Shown piece after piece: positions 62,872 to 64,000 of a stretch of 64,000 nt of DNA. The notes below the pieces were generated by a model that searched no databases, was not told the origin of the DNA, and saw nothing but the letters and a program-made list of their open reading frames with translations. Where the stretch lies: the NCBI RefSeq assembly GCF_006345805.1, contig NW_021824954.1:1-64000 (forward strand), written 5' to 3'. Origin of the DNA: Octopus sinensis (lineage: Eukaryota). Position 1 is the stretch's first letter. Each line of letters starts with the position of its first letter. Both the position numbers and the translations under genes were made by a program.

Positions 62872-63039
62872 AGAATGAAAGAAACAGACAGACTAAAAGA
62901 GAGGAACTATTACAGAGAATGAGAGAGAATATGTGTACGCAAGAGAAACAGAGAATAAGAAAAGGAGAGAGAAGAGAGAAATAAACAAAGAGAGAGAGAA
63001 AAGGGAGAGTCGATTGAAAAATGCAGAAAAGTTTTTTTA

Positions 63040-63234
63040 GAAAAATCCGCGTAAAACACCTTTTTTCCTGGTTTCTCGCTTTATGCGGGAGCTCAGGGCA
63101 AAATGTTATAGTTGATTACCATCCTTGGCACATAAGTAATGTGTGTACAAAGTTTGGTGAAAATTGGTTGAAAACTGTAGAAATGCATATGTACTATACA
63201 CACACAGACACATCCTTTGTTTTATATATAGAGA
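63040..63234 (-). mobile_element. Helitron-like 5' end of a related family
   Basis: A|TCTCTATATATAAAACAAAGGATGTGTCTGTG resembles the 21850 terminus. Confidence 0.55.
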
Positions 63235-64000
63235 TATTTCTCTCATCATTTATAACTTGATATATGTGCACACACAATCAACAGTTAAGCTTTACGTACA
63301 CACGTGCATACATATATACATACACATAAACACACAAATATATATATATGCATGCATGTGTGTGTAACAATTTATGTAACATTTCATTTTGTAACAGAGA
63401 GAGGGAAAGCAGAAACAATGACAGCCCAACAACGATTGCAAATACACCGATACACTGATGTGGTTGCGTGCGCGCACACAGAAAAATGCAAGTACTTCTC
63501 AATTTATAAATGTACATATTGGTTGACGGATAGAAGCACGCGTCAACATTCATCTAAAGATTGCACTCTTGCAAATGTTAATAGCATAATTATACAGATG
63601 AGAAAAAAAATTGTGTTCAGGTGACTCAAAAATTATTCAGATATAAATAAGAATAGAGAGAAGAAATGAGGAACGAAGAAGGGAGATACACAAGGAAAAG
63701 CGAACAAATAGAAAGGGTTAGAAGTATACGCTCTCGCAGATGCAGGTAGCGATAAAGATCGATAAAGATGAGTGAGACATGAACAAAAGTAAGCATGAAT
63801 GAGGAGACAGAGAAATTCAGAGTGAAAGAGTTTGGGCGGTAGAGAGGTAAAAAATTGGAATGTAAAGGAGAAAATGAGGGAGATCGTATTAAACATTCTA
63901 ATGGAAGAAATCTTTCTCCATTTTTAAGGAAAATAAATAATGTACAGAGACCAAGTCAGCTCTGACCGAGTAGATCTATGAACGAATACGTTACAGATTG

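Overview
AT-rich, (TA)n-dense animal genomic DNA. The SINE, RTE and Penelope repeat families look like coleoid cephalopod, most likely Octopus (inferred from repeat content, not verified). The only clear host gene is an intronless hnRNP A1/A2-type gene (minus, 12050-13048). It has its own promoter, and a repeat-poor 4-7 kb stretch downstream carries same-strand splice sites that suggest non-coding 3'UTR exons. The rest is transposons: two RTE LINE groups (one with a PHD finger inside RT, one with a C2H2 tail), two RTE insertions with twin-priming-type inversions, a probably full-length RTE with ~628-bp tandem 5' monomers interrupted by a near-intact Tx1/L1-clade LINE (16-bp TSD), a Helitron with both ends plus a partial local duplicate, Penelope remnants with hammerhead-like motifs and fold-back hairpins, Tc1/mariner, hAT and piggyBac-like elements, a Gypsy pol relic and several tRNA-derived SINEs. 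Most short ORFs in the track are microsatellite or antisense artefacts. Coordinates were counted by eye and may be off by a few bases.
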